UHGV virus genome: UHGV-0287771
Source: a virus
DNA length: 25,755 nt
Reading direction: 5' to 3' (one strand)
Positions 1-8,288 of this stretch are shown here, in pieces. Within the stretch, counting starts at the first letter, position 1; each line of letters opens with the position of its first letter. Below the pieces are notes generated by a model. The model was not told the origin of the DNA, made no database searches, and was given only the letters and a program-made list of their open reading frames with translations. A program made the translations under genes and the position numbers.

Positions 1-176
1 AGGCGACAGCGACGAAGTTTCACCGACATCATCTGCGAAAACTGCAAATACCTTCCAACGAAACGCTCCAGAAATAAACGCAAGCCAATCCCAAAAGAAT
101 CTGACGTAAAAACCTTCAACTACACGGCTCACCTGTGTGATATCCGGTGGCTAAGACATCGTGCGAGGAAATGACA

Positions 177-536
177 ATGGATTATTCACAGTTAAGTGAT
201 TTTGAAATTAACGTGGCGGTATTCGAAGCCATTCATAACGGATCACCGGATTACAAAGAAGGTGAGAATGGCGATATGGTGTTTGTCTCATTTGAGGGAG
301 ACATTGTAAACGGAGACGCAGTTGAAGTAGAAGTTGAGCGCGGATCCTTTAACCCATGCGCAAACCCAGCAGACGCATGGCCGATTATTGGAAAATACAG
401 GATTAGCATTATCAATCTCGATGAAGACGAGTGGGGTGCACGCGGTGTGGCCTACTGTAAATCTAAGCGAGCTATACATGAAAATCCCCTCCGCGCCGCC
501 ATGATTGTCTTTCTCATGATGCAGAGAATCCAATAA
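177..536 (+). CDS. hypothetical nin-region protein (119 aa from ATG 177; frame is open from GTG 147)
   Basis: Long ORF in the six-frame track; GAGGAA at 164-169 sits 7 nt before ATG 177; lies upstream of ninG/ninH in a lambdoid nin arrangement. Function not recognised. Confidence 0.5.
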   Translation: MDYSQLSDFEINVAVFEAIHNGSPDYKEGENGDMVFVSFEGDIVNGDAVEVEVERGSFNPCANPADAWPIIGKYRISIINLDEDEWGARGVAYCKSKRAIHENPLRAAMIVFLMMQRIQ

Positions 537-721
537 TGCTTAGCCCATCCCAATCCCTTCAATACCAGAAAGAAAGCGTCGAGCGGGCTTTAACGTGCGC
601 TAACTGCGGTCAGAAGCTGCATGTGCTGGAAGTTCACGTATGTGAGCGTTGTATATATGAATGCTTAAATATGGTGGAACATAATGAGAAATATAAGCAA
701 CATAGACGAATTAAGAAATAA
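536..721 (+). CDS. small Cys-rich (CxxC...CxxC, zinc-ribbon-like) nin-region protein, 61 aa; C-terminal codons run into the AT-rich insertion
   Basis: ORF with two CxxC pairs (CANCGQ...CERC); start overlaps the stop of the previous ORF; its last ~12 codons overlap the HNH gene start. Confidence 0.4.
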   Translation: MLSPSQSLQYQKESVERALTCANCGQKLHVLEVHVCERCIYECLNMVEHNEKYKQHRRIKK

Positions 722-1190
722 ATTATCATATGATGATGTTTTAGGTGTACTTAGATGGAAAGTGTCTCCTTCTAATAATGTTAAGGTTGGCAGTGTTGCT
801 GGTTACATTAGGAGTGATGGTTATAGGATGTTAACTATCGATGGTGTAATTACTTATGCTCACCACGTTATATGGATGATAAATAATGGTGAGATTCCAT
901 TAGGGTATAAAATTGATCATATAAATGGAGTAAGGTCAGATAATAGGCTATCTAATCTTCGATTGGTTACACACCAACAGAATGCACAGAACCAAAAGAG
1001 AAAAATAACCAATTCGTCAGGAGTGACTGGAGTATATTTCAATAAAGAGAGATGTAAGTGGATTGCGAATATATGCGTAGATGGGCGCACCAAATATCTT
1101 GGAATATTTGCTAGCATCATTGACGCTATTGCAGAAAGGAAGAGGGCAGAAAAAGAACTGGGTTTTCATGAAAACCATGGTAGACCATAA
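684..1190 (+). CDS. HNH-AP2 family homing endonuclease (free-standing, AT-rich insertion)
   Basis: Translation carries an HNH motif (GYKIDHINGVRSDNRLSNLRLVTHQQN) followed by an AP2-like DNA-binding segment (SGVTGVYFNKERCKWIANICVDGRTKYLGIF); marked AT-rich composition against GC-balanced neighbours. Confidence 0.8.
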   Translation: MRNISNIDELRNKLSYDDVLGVLRWKVSPSNNVKVGSVAGYIRSDGYRMLTIDGVITYAHHVIWMINNGEIPLGYKIDHINGVRSDNRLSNLRLVTHQQNAQNQKRKITNSSGVTGVYFNKERCKWIANICVDGRTKYLGIFASIIDAIAERKRAEKELGFHENHGRP

Positions 1191-1243
1191 CTGTACAGAA
1201 CTGATGAGCGATCCGAATAGCTCAATGTACGAGGAAGAAGACG

Positions 1244-1513
1244 ATGAGTGATTTCTCTGAGCTTATTTCCTTCAAAAAAGACAGAGAAGAAATGCGGACT
1301 GAATCTGTCTATTACGTTCAACACCGGAATAAACGCTCGGTGCTTGATCAGGAGCTGGTTATTACCGGAGACCTGGCATTCAGAACATATAAGGCCAGCA
1401 TGGAAATGAAGGATTTCCCTAAATGTGGTTCTGAAAGAGAAGCCGCGTTAAAGCTGGCTGAGTGGATGCAGAGAATGGCTGCTGCAATTGAGAATTACTG
1501 GAGCGAACCATAA
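1244..1513 (+). CDS. hypothetical nin-region protein, 89 aa
   Basis: ORF ending at 1513 with the ninG ATG at 1513-1515 (overlapping stop/start); no family recognised. Confidence 0.5.
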   Translation: MSDFSELISFKKDREEMRTESVYYVQHRNKRSVLDQELVITGDLAFRTYKASMEMKDFPKCGSEREAALKLAEWMQRMAAAIENYWSEP

Positions 1514-2124
1514 TGGCTAAACAAGCGCGAAGACGATGTAAAAACGAAGAATGTCGGGAATGGTTTCACCCTGCATTCGCTAATCAGTGGTGGTGCTCTC
1601 CAGAGTGTGGAACAAAGATAGCACTCGAACGACGAAGCAAAGAACGCGAAAAAGCGGAAAAAGCAGCAGAGAAGAAACGACGACGAGAGGAGCAGAAACA
1701 GAAAGATAAACTTAAGATTCGAAAACTCGCCTTAAAGCCCCGCAGTTACTGGATTAAACAAGCCCAACAAGCAGTAAACGCCTTCATCAGAGAAAGAGAC
1801 CGCGACTTACCATGTATCTCGTGCGGAACGCTCACGTCTGCTCAGTGGGATGCCGGACATTACCGGACAACTGCTGCGGCACCTCAACTCCGATTTGATG
1901 AACGCAATATTCACAAGCAATGCGTGGTGTGCAACCAGCATAAAAGCGGAAATCTCGTTCCGTATCGCGTCGAACTGATTAACCGGATCGGGCAGGAAGC
2001 AGTAGACGAAATCGAATCAAACCATAACCGCCATCGCTGGACTGTCGAAGAGTGCAAGGCGATCAAGGCAGAGTACCAACAGAAACTCAAAGACCTGCGA
2101 AATAGCAGAAGTGAGGCCGCATGA
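1513..2124 (+). CDS. ninG: NinG/Rap recombination-associated protein (Holliday-junction/branched-DNA endonuclease family)
   Basis: 203 aa with Cys-rich N-terminus (CKNEEC...CSPEC), basic linker and conserved CISCG...CVVCNQHK motifs as recalled for lambda NinG (204 aa); position just upstream of ninH. Confidence 0.85.
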   Translation: MAKQARRRCKNEECREWFHPAFANQWWCSPECGTKIALERRSKEREKAEKAAEKKRRREEQKQKDKLKIRKLALKPRSYWIKQAQQAVNAFIRERDRDLPCISCGTLTSAQWDAGHYRTTAAAPQLRFDERNIHKQCVVCNQHKSGNLVPYRVELINRIGQEAVDEIESNHNRHRWTVEECKAIKAEYQQKLKDLRNSRSEAA

Positions 2125-2327
2125 CGTTCTCAGTAAAAACCATTCCAGACATGCTCGTTGAAGCATACGGAAACCAGACAGAAGTGGCACGCAGACTGAA
2201 ATGTAGTCGCGGCACGGTAAGAAAATACGTTGATGATAAAGACGGGAAAATGCACGCCATCGTCAACGACGTTCTCATGGTTCATCGCGGATGGAGTGAA
2301 AGAGATGCGCTATTACGAAAAAATTGA
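2121..2327 (+). CDS. ninH: NinH (small DNA-binding nin protein)
   Basis: 68 aa, same size and recalled sequence character as lambda NinH ([40 protein letters not shown]-like); ATGA overlap with ninG stop. Confidence 0.8.
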   Translation: MTFSVKTIPDMLVEAYGNQTEVARRLKCSRGTVRKYVDDKDGKMHAIVNDVLMVHRGWSERDALLRKN

Positions 2328-2976
2328 TGGCAGCAAATACCGAAATATTTGGGTAGTTGGCGACCTGCACGGATGCTACACCAACCTGATGAAACGGCTG
2401 GACGCTGTCGGGTTCGACCCTGCACAGGATCTGCTGGTTTCGGTTGGCGACCTCATCGACCGCGGCACCGAGAACGTCGAATGCCTAGACCTGATTAATC
2501 AGCCATGGTTCCGCGCGGTGCGCGGCAACCATGAGCAGATGATGCTGGATGCTGTGATGGGTGCCGGAAGTATCCTGCACTGGATGCAGAACGGTGGTAG
2601 TTGGTTCTACAACCTCAATGCCGAACAGCAGATCCTTGCGAAGTCACTGGTCAGCAAGGCGGCAGCACTTCCGCTCATCATCGAGGTGGAGAAGGGCGGC
2701 AAGAAGTTCGTCATCTGCCATGCAGACTATCCTCACGACGAATATGCGTATGGCAGGCCCGTCGATGCAGAACAGGTGATCTGGAATCGTGAGCGAGTGA
2801 GCGCGGCTCAGAATGGGATTGTGAATGAAATATCCGGTGCATACCTGTTTATTTTCGGGCATACCCCGGAGCGCCAGCCTCTCAAATACGCTAACCAGAT
2901 GTATATCGATACCGGCGCAGTGTTCTGCGGAAACCTCACATTGATTCAGGTACAGGGAGAAGGCGCATGGGCATAA
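2305..2976 (+). CDS. ninI: Ser/Thr protein phosphatase, lambda-PPase type (metallophosphoesterase)
   Basis: Metallophosphatase motifs GDLHG, GDLIDRG and GNHE present; start placed at ATG 2305 ([24 protein letters not shown]), which matches the recalled lambda PPase N-terminus, rather than the upstream ATG 2230. Confidence 0.85.
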   Translation: MRYYEKIDGSKYRNIWVVGDLHGCYTNLMKRLDAVGFDPAQDLLVSVGDLIDRGTENVECLDLINQPWFRAVRGNHEQMMLDAVMGAGSILHWMQNGGSWFYNLNAEQQILAKSLVSKAAALPLIIEVEKGGKKFVICHADYPHDEYAYGRPVDAEQVIWNRERVSAAQNGIVNEISGAYLFIFGHTPERQPLKYANQMYIDTGAVFCGNLTLIQVQGEGAWA

Positions 2977-3455
2977 GAGAACTAAAACTCACCAAAGAGC
3001 AGCACGAGTGGCTGAATGGCTGGCTTGAACTGTGGGGCGCATGGGTTTATTCAGGTCGTCTGGAAAAGCGCATGAGCAGCGTAATAGCGAAGTTCATGGA
3101 GAGCGTAGAGCCGGGAAGAGTTATGACAAGGCCAATGTGTAATGATGATGATGGAATGTTGATTTCTCAGGTCGTCGATTCCGTCATGTGCATTGACAAG
3201 AAAGCCTTTGGCATCCTCCTCAGCTACTACGCTCATGGCTCTTCCAAGCACGCCATTGCATCTTACTATCATTGCGTCGCAAGACCTCGCAAGATGTTAT
3301 GCCGTGGCGGCGGGCGCATTCAAAAACCATCGCTCGCAACCTGTCGACGGGAAGTTGACGAAATCCTTAATGCCTCGTTGTTTATGATTTACCCGGTTCT
3401 GGATAGTGCGTTTAAAAATCGGAAACGTGTAGAGAAAATTAAACATGTAGCATAG
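2967..3455 (+). CDS. Q: late-gene antiterminator Q (Q82/QuuD-like family rather than lambda-Q type)
   Basis: 162 aa; occupies the Q position between the nin/PPase gene and the late promoter plus lysis genes; [12 protein letters not shown] and CNDDDGM segments resemble recalled QuuD/Q82-family proteins. Confidence 0.6.
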   Translation: MGIRELKLTKEQHEWLNGWLELWGAWVYSGRLEKRMSSVIAKFMESVEPGRVMTRPMCNDDDGMLISQVVDSVMCIDKKAFGILLSYYAHGSSKHAIASYYHCVARPRKMLCRGGGRIQKPSLATCRREVDEILNASLFMIYPVLDSAFKNRKRVEKIKHVA

Positions 3456-3500
3456 AACGTGTTGACATCATTGAGCAAATGAGCAACACTATTCGCATAA
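3456..3500 (+). promoter_or_regulatory. candidate late promoter (pR'-like) with Q-utilisation region
   Basis: Consensus -35 hexamer TTGACA at 3462-3467 immediately after the Q stop; no clean -10 could be assigned by eye (candidates AACACT, CATAAG). Placement is by analogy with lambdoid late operons. Confidence 0.4.
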
Positions 3501-3545
3501 GCTGCCGTTAGTGACTCTTAAGTTGCAACGGTGGCTTTTTTATTT
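3501..3545 (+). terminator. intrinsic terminator-like hairpin plus U-tract (possible tR'-type early stop)
   Basis: GCUGCCGUU (3501-3509) pairs with AACGGUGGC (3527-3535) allowing two G-U pairs, followed by TTTTTTATTT (3536-3545). Confidence 0.45.
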
Positions 3546-3812
3546 GCACAACAGGTAAGAGCATTGAACCCGCAGGCCTCGCAGGATTGGTGAAAGGTGC
3601 CGCGCAGTGCTCTTATCGTTGTGGTGAATGCGCAGGCTGATGCGCTAACGCTCAGAGGTGAGCACCTAGCTTCGGGCTAGGATGGGTAGCCTCAAGTTGG
3701 AGTTCAGCACCAACCACCGCAACCCAAACTGAGCCGTAGCCACTGGCTATCCTGAATTCATCAGTGATAGTTACGCTGCGGCCTTCTACACATGATCTTC
3801 GTGAAAGCGGGT

Positions 3813-3850
3813 GGCAGGAGGTTGTTAGCGCGACCTCCTGCCGTTTTGCC
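3813..3850 (+). terminator. terminator-like hairpin (10-bp perfect stem) with short U-tract
   Basis: GGCAGGAGGT (3813-3822) / ACCTCCTGCC (3833-3842) with 10-nt loop, followed by GTTTTGCC. Confidence 0.4.
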
Positions 3851-3967
3851 CGTGCATATCGGTCACGAACAAATCTGATTACTAAACACAGTAGCCTGGA
3901 TTTGTTCTATCAGTAATCGACCTTATTCCTAATTAAATAGAGCAAATCCCCTTATTGGGGGTAAGAC

Positions 3968-4291
3968 ATGAAGATGCCAGAAAAACATGACCTGTTAGCC
4001 GCCATTCTCGCGGCAAAGGAACAAGGCATCGGGGCAATCCTTGCGTTTGTAATGGCGTACCTTCGCGGCAGATATAATGGCGGTGTGTTTACAAAAACAG
4101 TAATCGACGCAACGATGTGCGCCATTATCGCCTGGTTCATTCGTGACCTTCTCGACTTCGCCGGACTAAGTAGCAATCTCGCTTATATAACGAGCGTGTT
4201 CATCGGCTACATCGGTACTGACTCGATTGGTTCGCTTATCAAACGCTTCGCTGCTAAAAAAGCCGGAGTAGAAGATGGTGGAAATCAATAA
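3968..4291 (+). CDS. S: class I holin, lambda S type (dual-start antiholin/holin)
   Basis: 107 aa beginning [27 protein letters not shown] with Met1-Lys2-Met3 dual-start motif; near-identical to lambda S as recalled; three hydrophobic segments. Confidence 0.9.
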   Translation: MKMPEKHDLLAAILAAKEQGIGAILAFVMAYLRGRYNGGVFTKTVIDATMCAIIAWFIRDLLDFAGLSSNLAYITSVFIGYIGTDSIGSLIKRFAAKKAGVEDGGNQ

Positions 4292-4751
4292 TCAACGTAA
4301 GGCGTTCCTCGATATGCTGGCGTGGTCAGAGGGAACTGATAACGGACGGCAGAAAACCAGAAATCATGGTTATGACGTCATTGTAGGCGGAGAGCTATTT
4401 ACTGATTACTCCGATCACCCTCGCAAACTTGTCACGCTAAACCCCAAACTCAAATCAACAGCCGCCGGACGCTACCAGCTTCTTTCCCGTTGGTGGGATG
4501 CCTACCGCAAGCAGCTTGGCCTGAAAGACTTCTCTCCGAAAAGCCAGGACGCTGTGGCACTGCAACAGATTAAAGAGCGTGGCGCTTTACCGATGATTGA
4601 TCGCGGTGATATTCGTCAGGCTATCGACCGTTGCAGCAATATCTGGGCTTCACTGCCGGGCGCTGGCTATGGCCAGTTCGAGCATAAGGCTGACAGCCTG
4701 ATTGCAAAATTCAAAGAAGTTGGCGGAACGGTCAGAGAGATTGAGGTATGA
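4275..4751 (+). CDS. R: endolysin, lambda R type (lytic transglycosylase)
   Basis: 158 aa beginning [39 protein letters not shown]; near-identical to lambda R as recalled; overlaps the S stop. Confidence 0.9.
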   Translation: MVEINNQRKAFLDMLAWSEGTDNGRQKTRNHGYDVIVGGELFTDYSDHPRKLVTLNPKLKSTAAGRYQLLSRWWDAYRKQLGLKDFSPKSQDAVALQQIKERGALPMIDRGDIRQAIDRCSNIWASLPGAGYGQFEHKADSLIAKFKEVGGTVREIEV

Positions 4752-5185
4752 GCAGAGTAACCGCGATTATCTCAGCTCTGGTTATCTGCATCATCGTTTG
4801 CCTGTCATGGGCTGTTAATCATTACCGTGATAACGCCATGACCTACAAAGAGCAGCGCGATAAGGCCACATCCACAATCGCTGACATGCAGAAGCGTCAA
4901 CGTGATGTAGCAGAACTTGACGCCAGATACACAAAGGAGCTTGCTGATGCTAACGCGACTATCGAAAGCCTCCGTGCTGATGTTTCTGCTGGGCGTAAGC
5001 GCCTGCAAGTCGCCGCCACCTGTGCAAAGTCAACGACCGGAGCCAGCAGCATGGGCGATGGAGAAAGCCCAAGACTTACAGCAGATGCTGAACTCAATTA
5101 TTACCGTCTCAGAAGTGGAATCGACAGGATAACCGCGCAGGTTAACTACCTGCAGGAATACATCAGGACGCAATGCCTTCGATGA
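4748..5185 (+). CDS. Rz: i-spanin Rz
   Basis: 145 aa with N-terminal transmembrane anchor ([30 protein letters not shown]) and coiled-coil periplasmic domain; ATGA overlap with the R stop; lambda Rz-like N-terminus. Confidence 0.85.
   Translation: MSRVTAIISALVICIIVCLSWAVNHYRDNAMTYKEQRDKATSTIADMQKRQRDVAELDARYTKELADANATIESLRADVSAGRKRLQVAATCAKSTTGASSMGDGESPRLTADAELNYYRLRSGIDRITAQVNYLQEYIRTQCLR
4947..5132 (+). CDS. Rz1: o-spanin Rz1 (lipoprotein), embedded in the +1 frame of Rz
   Basis: Strong SD AAGGAG 4934-4939, 7 nt before ATG 4947; signal peptide with lipobox (LLGVSAC), Pro-rich mature part; lies wholly inside Rz. Confidence 0.65.
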   Translation: MLTRLSKASVLMFLLGVSACKSPPPVQSQRPEPAAWAMEKAQDLQQMLNSIITVSEVESTG

Positions 5186-5360
5186 TAGCGATAATTTTAC
5201 TCATCATCCTTCACATCTGGCTCTGTAGACAGGGTGATGATCACTTCTGGAGTGAATCCAGATTAAACATCTCATTGCTGATGCTTGATATTGAGCATCT
5301 GGCGCGCGGTAAGGGGCTGCGTTGAGATAAGAGCCAGTCATCACAAACACCAGGATTTAG

Positions 5361-5384
5361 CCTCGCATTCGCGGGGTTTTTTAT
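5361..5384 (+). terminator. candidate intrinsic terminator downstream of the lysis cassette
   Basis: CCTCGC (5361-5366) / GCGGGG (5371-5376) stem with one G-U pair and short loop, followed by TTTTTTATT. Confidence 0.4.
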
Positions 5385-5406
5385 TCCCAACTCCATAGGT
5401 AATTTT

Positions 5407-5886
5407 ATGACTCAGCATATTGGCGTAAAATTGATTAACGCCTTTCCGATGACGAGACAGGCATATAACGATTTTCGTGGCTGGCAGCTTCCTGCCGGAG
5501 AAAACGGCGAGGACGAAGGCTATCTGGTTGAATATCTGGATGGCGGAAAACCTAACACCGATCGCTTTGATGGCTACGTTAGCTGGAGTCCAAAAGAAGT
5601 ATTCGAAAAGGCTTATCGTCCGGTATCAGGGTTAAGTTTCGGCCTTGCCATGGAAGCGTTAAAACAGGGCAAAAGTTTGCAGCGGGCAGGATGGAATGGG
5701 AAAGACCAGTTTGTTTATCTCGTGAAAGGGGAAAAATTAGCGTCTGCGTTGGGTTATGGCTTTGGCGAATATGTTGGCGAGCCAACTTTCAATGACACGC
5801 TTGTATTGAAAAACTCACAGAACCGCCTTGCTACATGGGTTCCATCCATTGGCGACCTGATGGCTGAAGACTGGCAAATCATTTAA
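5407..5886 (+). CDS. DUF2829-like (Tad2-like) domain protein with ~70-aa N-terminal extension
   Basis: C-terminal two-thirds carries the pattern recalled for DUF2829 (LSFGLAMEALKQGKSLQRAGWNGK ... WVPSIGDLMAEDWQII). Confidence 0.55.
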   Translation: MTQHIGVKLINAFPMTRQAYNDFRGWQLPAGENGEDEGYLVEYLDGGKPNTDRFDGYVSWSPKEVFEKAYRPVSGLSFGLAMEALKQGKSLQRAGWNGKDQFVYLVKGEKLASALGYGFGEYVGEPTFNDTLVLKNSQNRLATWVPSIGDLMAEDWQII

Positions 5887-6189
5887 CCATGTAGGCATTA
5901 CAAAGCCTATCTACGGGTGGGCTTGATAATGAAACCGGAGTTAATTTCTGGTCACTAATTAACGACAGTACAGCGAAACAACCCAAGCCAGTAAGTGGGG
6001 AAATAACACTGGCAGCCACTGAAAGATGAACCTCCAGCCTTATGGCAAAAAAGATTCTTTGTGGTGGCGGACTGATGGAAAGACATCGGTTATTGCAGAG
6101 GCCATTCAATGAATGGTCTCGACAATGGCTTATACCCTACACGGGATAACTTAACTGATATCCCTTTTAACGGATAAACAGAGCCAACA

Positions 6190-6432
6190 ATGGCAGAGAT
6201 TATTCCCATGACTGAAGAACAGAAATTCCAGTTAGAGCTTTACAAGCTGGTCATGAACCAGAACGCAGCCGCAGAGGAAGCATTTCAATTCATCGGCACT
6301 GACGCGTTGAAGCTTGAGCTATTCAAAATTCACTTCCAGTCAGGCGGCGCTAATTCAGATATCACGACCCGCACAATCGAAGCGGTGCGTAAATCGAAGG
6401 AAGCGTTAGACCTGTTCACCACCGGAGCATAA
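6190..6432 (+). CDS. hypothetical 80-aa protein immediately upstream of small terminase
   Basis: ORF whose stop at 6430-6432 is 2 nt before the TerS ATG; predicted helical, no family recognised. Confidence 0.5.
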   Translation: MAEIIPMTEEQKFQLELYKLVMNQNAAAEEAFQFIGTDALKLELFKIHFQSGGANSDITTRTIEAVRKSKEALDLFTTGA

Positions 6433-6434
6433 AC

Positions 6435-6875
6435 ATGGCGCGCCCAACAAAGTATCAAGAGGCGTATGCCGAACAGGCACGCAAACTGTGCTTGCTGGGC
6501 TACACCGATGCAGAGCTTGCTGATTTCTTCGAAGTCAGTGAGTCAACTATTAACAAGTGGAAGCTTGATTATCCTGAGTTTTCGGAGTCCATAAAAAAGG
6601 GTAAGGCCGTCGCTGATGCAGAAGTTAGTGACCGTCTTTATCAACGCGCTATGGGCTTCGTGGCTCCAGACATCGATATTCGTGTTATTGAAAACAGAAT
6701 TGTCGAAACTCCGCTTGAGAAGTATTACCCGCCTGATACAACTGCCGCCATCTTCTGGCTTAAGAACCGACAGAAGGATAAATGGCGCGACAAGGTTGAT
6801 CACGAGCTAACAGGCAAAGACGGCGGCGCAATCCAGATTGAAACATCACCGATGAGCACTCTATTCGGAAAATGA
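6435..6875 (+). CDS. terminase small subunit
   Basis: 146 aa with N-terminal HTH-like segment (YTDAELADFFEVSESTINKWK); ATGA overlap with the large terminase start; position. Confidence 0.7.
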   Translation: MARPTKYQEAYAEQARKLCLLGYTDAELADFFEVSESTINKWKLDYPEFSESIKKGKAVADAEVSDRLYQRAMGFVAPDIDIRVIENRIVETPLEKYYPPDTTAAIFWLKNRQKDKWRDKVDHELTGKDGGAIQIETSPMSTLFGK

Positions 6876-8287
6876 CCTCGATTAATCCTATCTTTGAACC
6901 GTTCATTGAGGCGCATCGCTACAAAGTCGCCAAAGGCGGTCGAGGTAGCGGTAAATCATGGGCAATTGCGAGGCTGCTTGTTGAGGCGGCGCGTCGGCAG
7001 CCTGTGCGTATTCTCTGCGCTCGTGAACTGCAAAACAGTATCAGCGATTCGGTAATCCGGTTGCTTGAAGACACCATAGAGCGTGAAGGGTATTCGGCTG
7101 AGTTTGAAATTCAGCGTTCAATGATTCGTCATCTCGGAACGAATGCTGAATTCATGTTCTACGGCATCAAAAACAACCCTACGAAGATTAAATCGCTCGA
7201 AGGCATTGATATCTGCTGGGTGGAAGAAGCGGAAGCGGTAACGAAGGAATCATGGGATATCCTGATACCAACCATCCGTAAGCCATTTTCCGAAATATGG
7301 GTGAGCTTTAACCCGAAGAACATCCTCGACGATACCTATCAGCGATTCGTTGTAAATCCTCCCGATGATATTTGTCTGCTGACGGTGAACTACACCGACA
7401 ACCCGCATTTTCCTGAAGTTCTCCGTCTGGAGATGGAAGAGTGTAAACGCAGAAATCCGACACTGTATCGTCACATCTGGCTTGGTGAGCCAGTAAGCGC
7501 AAGTGATATGGCAATCATCAAACGTGAATGGCTTGAAGCCGCAACCGATGCGCACAAGAAACTCGGATGGAAAGCGAAAGGCGCGGTTGTTTCTGCACAT
7601 GACCCGTCAGATACAGGGCCAGATGCTAAAGGTTATGCATCGCGCCACGGTTCGGTAGTTAAACGCATTGCCGAAGGTCTGCTGATGGACATCAACGAGG
7701 GCGCTGATTGGGCTACTTCGCTAGCGATTGAAGACGGCGCTGACCATTACCTGTGGGATGGTGATGGTGTTGGTGCCGGGCTACGCAGACAGACAACGGA
7801 AGCGTTCTCCGGCAAGAAAATCACCGCCACGATGTTCAAGGGCAGCGAATCGCCATTCGATGAAGATGCTCCGTATCAGGCCGGAGCATGGGCTGATGAA
7901 GTCGTACAGGGTGACAACGTTCGCACTATTGGTGATGTGTTCCGCAATAAGCGAGCGCAATTCTATTACGCGCTGGCTGATAGGCTGTATCTGACATATC
8001 GGGCGGTTGTTTACGGTGAGTATGCAGACCCCGACGACATGCTGAGTTTCGACAAAGAAGCGATAGGCGAGAAGATGCTGGAGAAGCTGTTTGCAGAACT
8101 GACGCAGATTCAGCGCAAATTCAATAACAACGGGAAGCTGGAGCTTATGACTAAGGTCGAAATGAAGCAGAAGCTCGGTATTCCATCTCCTAACCTGGCT
8201 GATGCGCTGATGATGTGTATGCATTGCCCGGAGTCGGCTGCGCAACCCGACTATTCCAGTTACTCAATTCCTTGTGGTGTAGGTTGA
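6872..8287 (+). CDS. terminase large subunit (ATPase + nuclease), Sf6/P22-like size
   Basis: 471 aa; Walker A motif KGGRGSGKS near the N-terminus; Walker B-like ICWVEEAE; followed directly by the portal gene. Confidence 0.9.
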   Translation: MTSINPIFEPFIEAHRYKVAKGGRGSGKSWAIARLLVEAARRQPVRILCARELQNSISDSVIRLLEDTIEREGYSAEFEIQRSMIRHLGTNAEFMFYGIKNNPTKIKSLEGIDICWVEEAEAVTKESWDILIPTIRKPFSEIWVSFNPKNILDDTYQRFVVNPPDDICLLTVNYTDNPHFPEVLRLEMEECKRRNPTLYRHIWLGEPVSASDMAIIKREWLEAATDAHKKLGWKAKGAVVSAHDPSDTGPDAKGYASRHGSVVKRIAEGLLMDINEGADWATSLAIEDGADHYLWDGDGVGAGLRRQTTEAFSGKKITATMFKGSESPFDEDAPYQAGAWADEVVQGDNVRTIGDVFRNKRAQFYYALADRLYLTYRAVVYGEYADPDDMLSFDKEAIGEKMLEKLFAELTQIQRKFNNNGKLELMTKVEMKQKLGIPSPNLADALMMCMHCPESAAQPDYSSYSIPCGVG

Positions 8288-8288
8288 T

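Noticed and set aside
2-109. Open frame running in from the left window edge (stop at 107-109)
   Set aside because: Only 35 codons visible with no recognisable motif; cannot be supported as a gene fragment from this window alone.
2230-2304. Upstream ATG giving a 248-aa phosphatase ORF (MMIKTGK...)
   Set aside because: The extension overlaps ninH by ~100 nt; the internal start at 2305 reproduces the recalled lambda PPase N-terminus (MRYYEKIDG...), so the extension is not called.
2561-2792. Two overlapping Arg/Ser-rich ORFs (72 and 63 aa) inside the phosphatase gene
   Set aside because: Alternative frames of a GC-rich stretch within a gene that has intact catalytic motifs in its own frame.
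3546-3812. Possible tRNA gene(s) in the Q-holin interval, as found in some Stx phages
   Set aside because: No cloverleaf-compatible arrangement or GGTTCGA-type T-loop was found by eye; the region is kept only as a candidate structured RNA.
3456-3967. Toxin genes (stx-like) or other protein-coding morons between Q and the holin
   Set aside because: No ORF of meaningful length in any frame; the interval is non-coding.
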